Below the pieces are notes generated by a model. That model made no database searches. It had not been told where the DNA came from and saw only the letters and a list, made by a program, of their open reading frames with translations. 12,529 bases of DNA from a virus. Within the stretch, counting starts at the first letter, position 1. Each line of letters begins with the position of its first letter. Below are positions 11,525 through 12,529 of this stretch, in pieces. The position numbers and the translations under genes were made by a program. Location of the stretch: the UHGV virus genome UHGV-1994978. One strand, 5' to 3'.

Positions 11525-12529
<1,005 letters not shown>

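Overview
This window looks like part of a low-GC tailed-phage (Caudoviricetes) genome, probably from an Enterobacterales host, carrying an intact, GC-rich IS3-family insertion sequence at 2816..4036. All calls are from reading the sequence and ORF track by eye; no database search was run. Left to right: (1) an early-type region with sigma70-like promoters and terminators, an acidic protein, a small membrane protein, a ribbon-helix-helix regulator and an HNH homing endonuclease; (2) a gene split by the IS; (3) a lambda-like tail-tip module: a K-like NlpC/P60 protein and a J-like host-specificity gene of about 3.2 kb broken by a run of N and an apparent frameshift, followed by two paralogous small proteins; (4) a T4-type lysozyme on the minus strand; (5) a tightly coupled four-gene cassette of unknown function; (6) a minus-strand lipoprotein operon and a compact orphan N6-adenine DNA methyltransferase. 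I did not find one clearly defined novel system. The strongest leads are the IS insertion in a tail operon, a recurring AATAAATATC motif upstream of three late-type genes, an apparent GTAC excess, and the lipoprotein/methyltransferase accessory corner. No tRNA or CRISPR array was seen.
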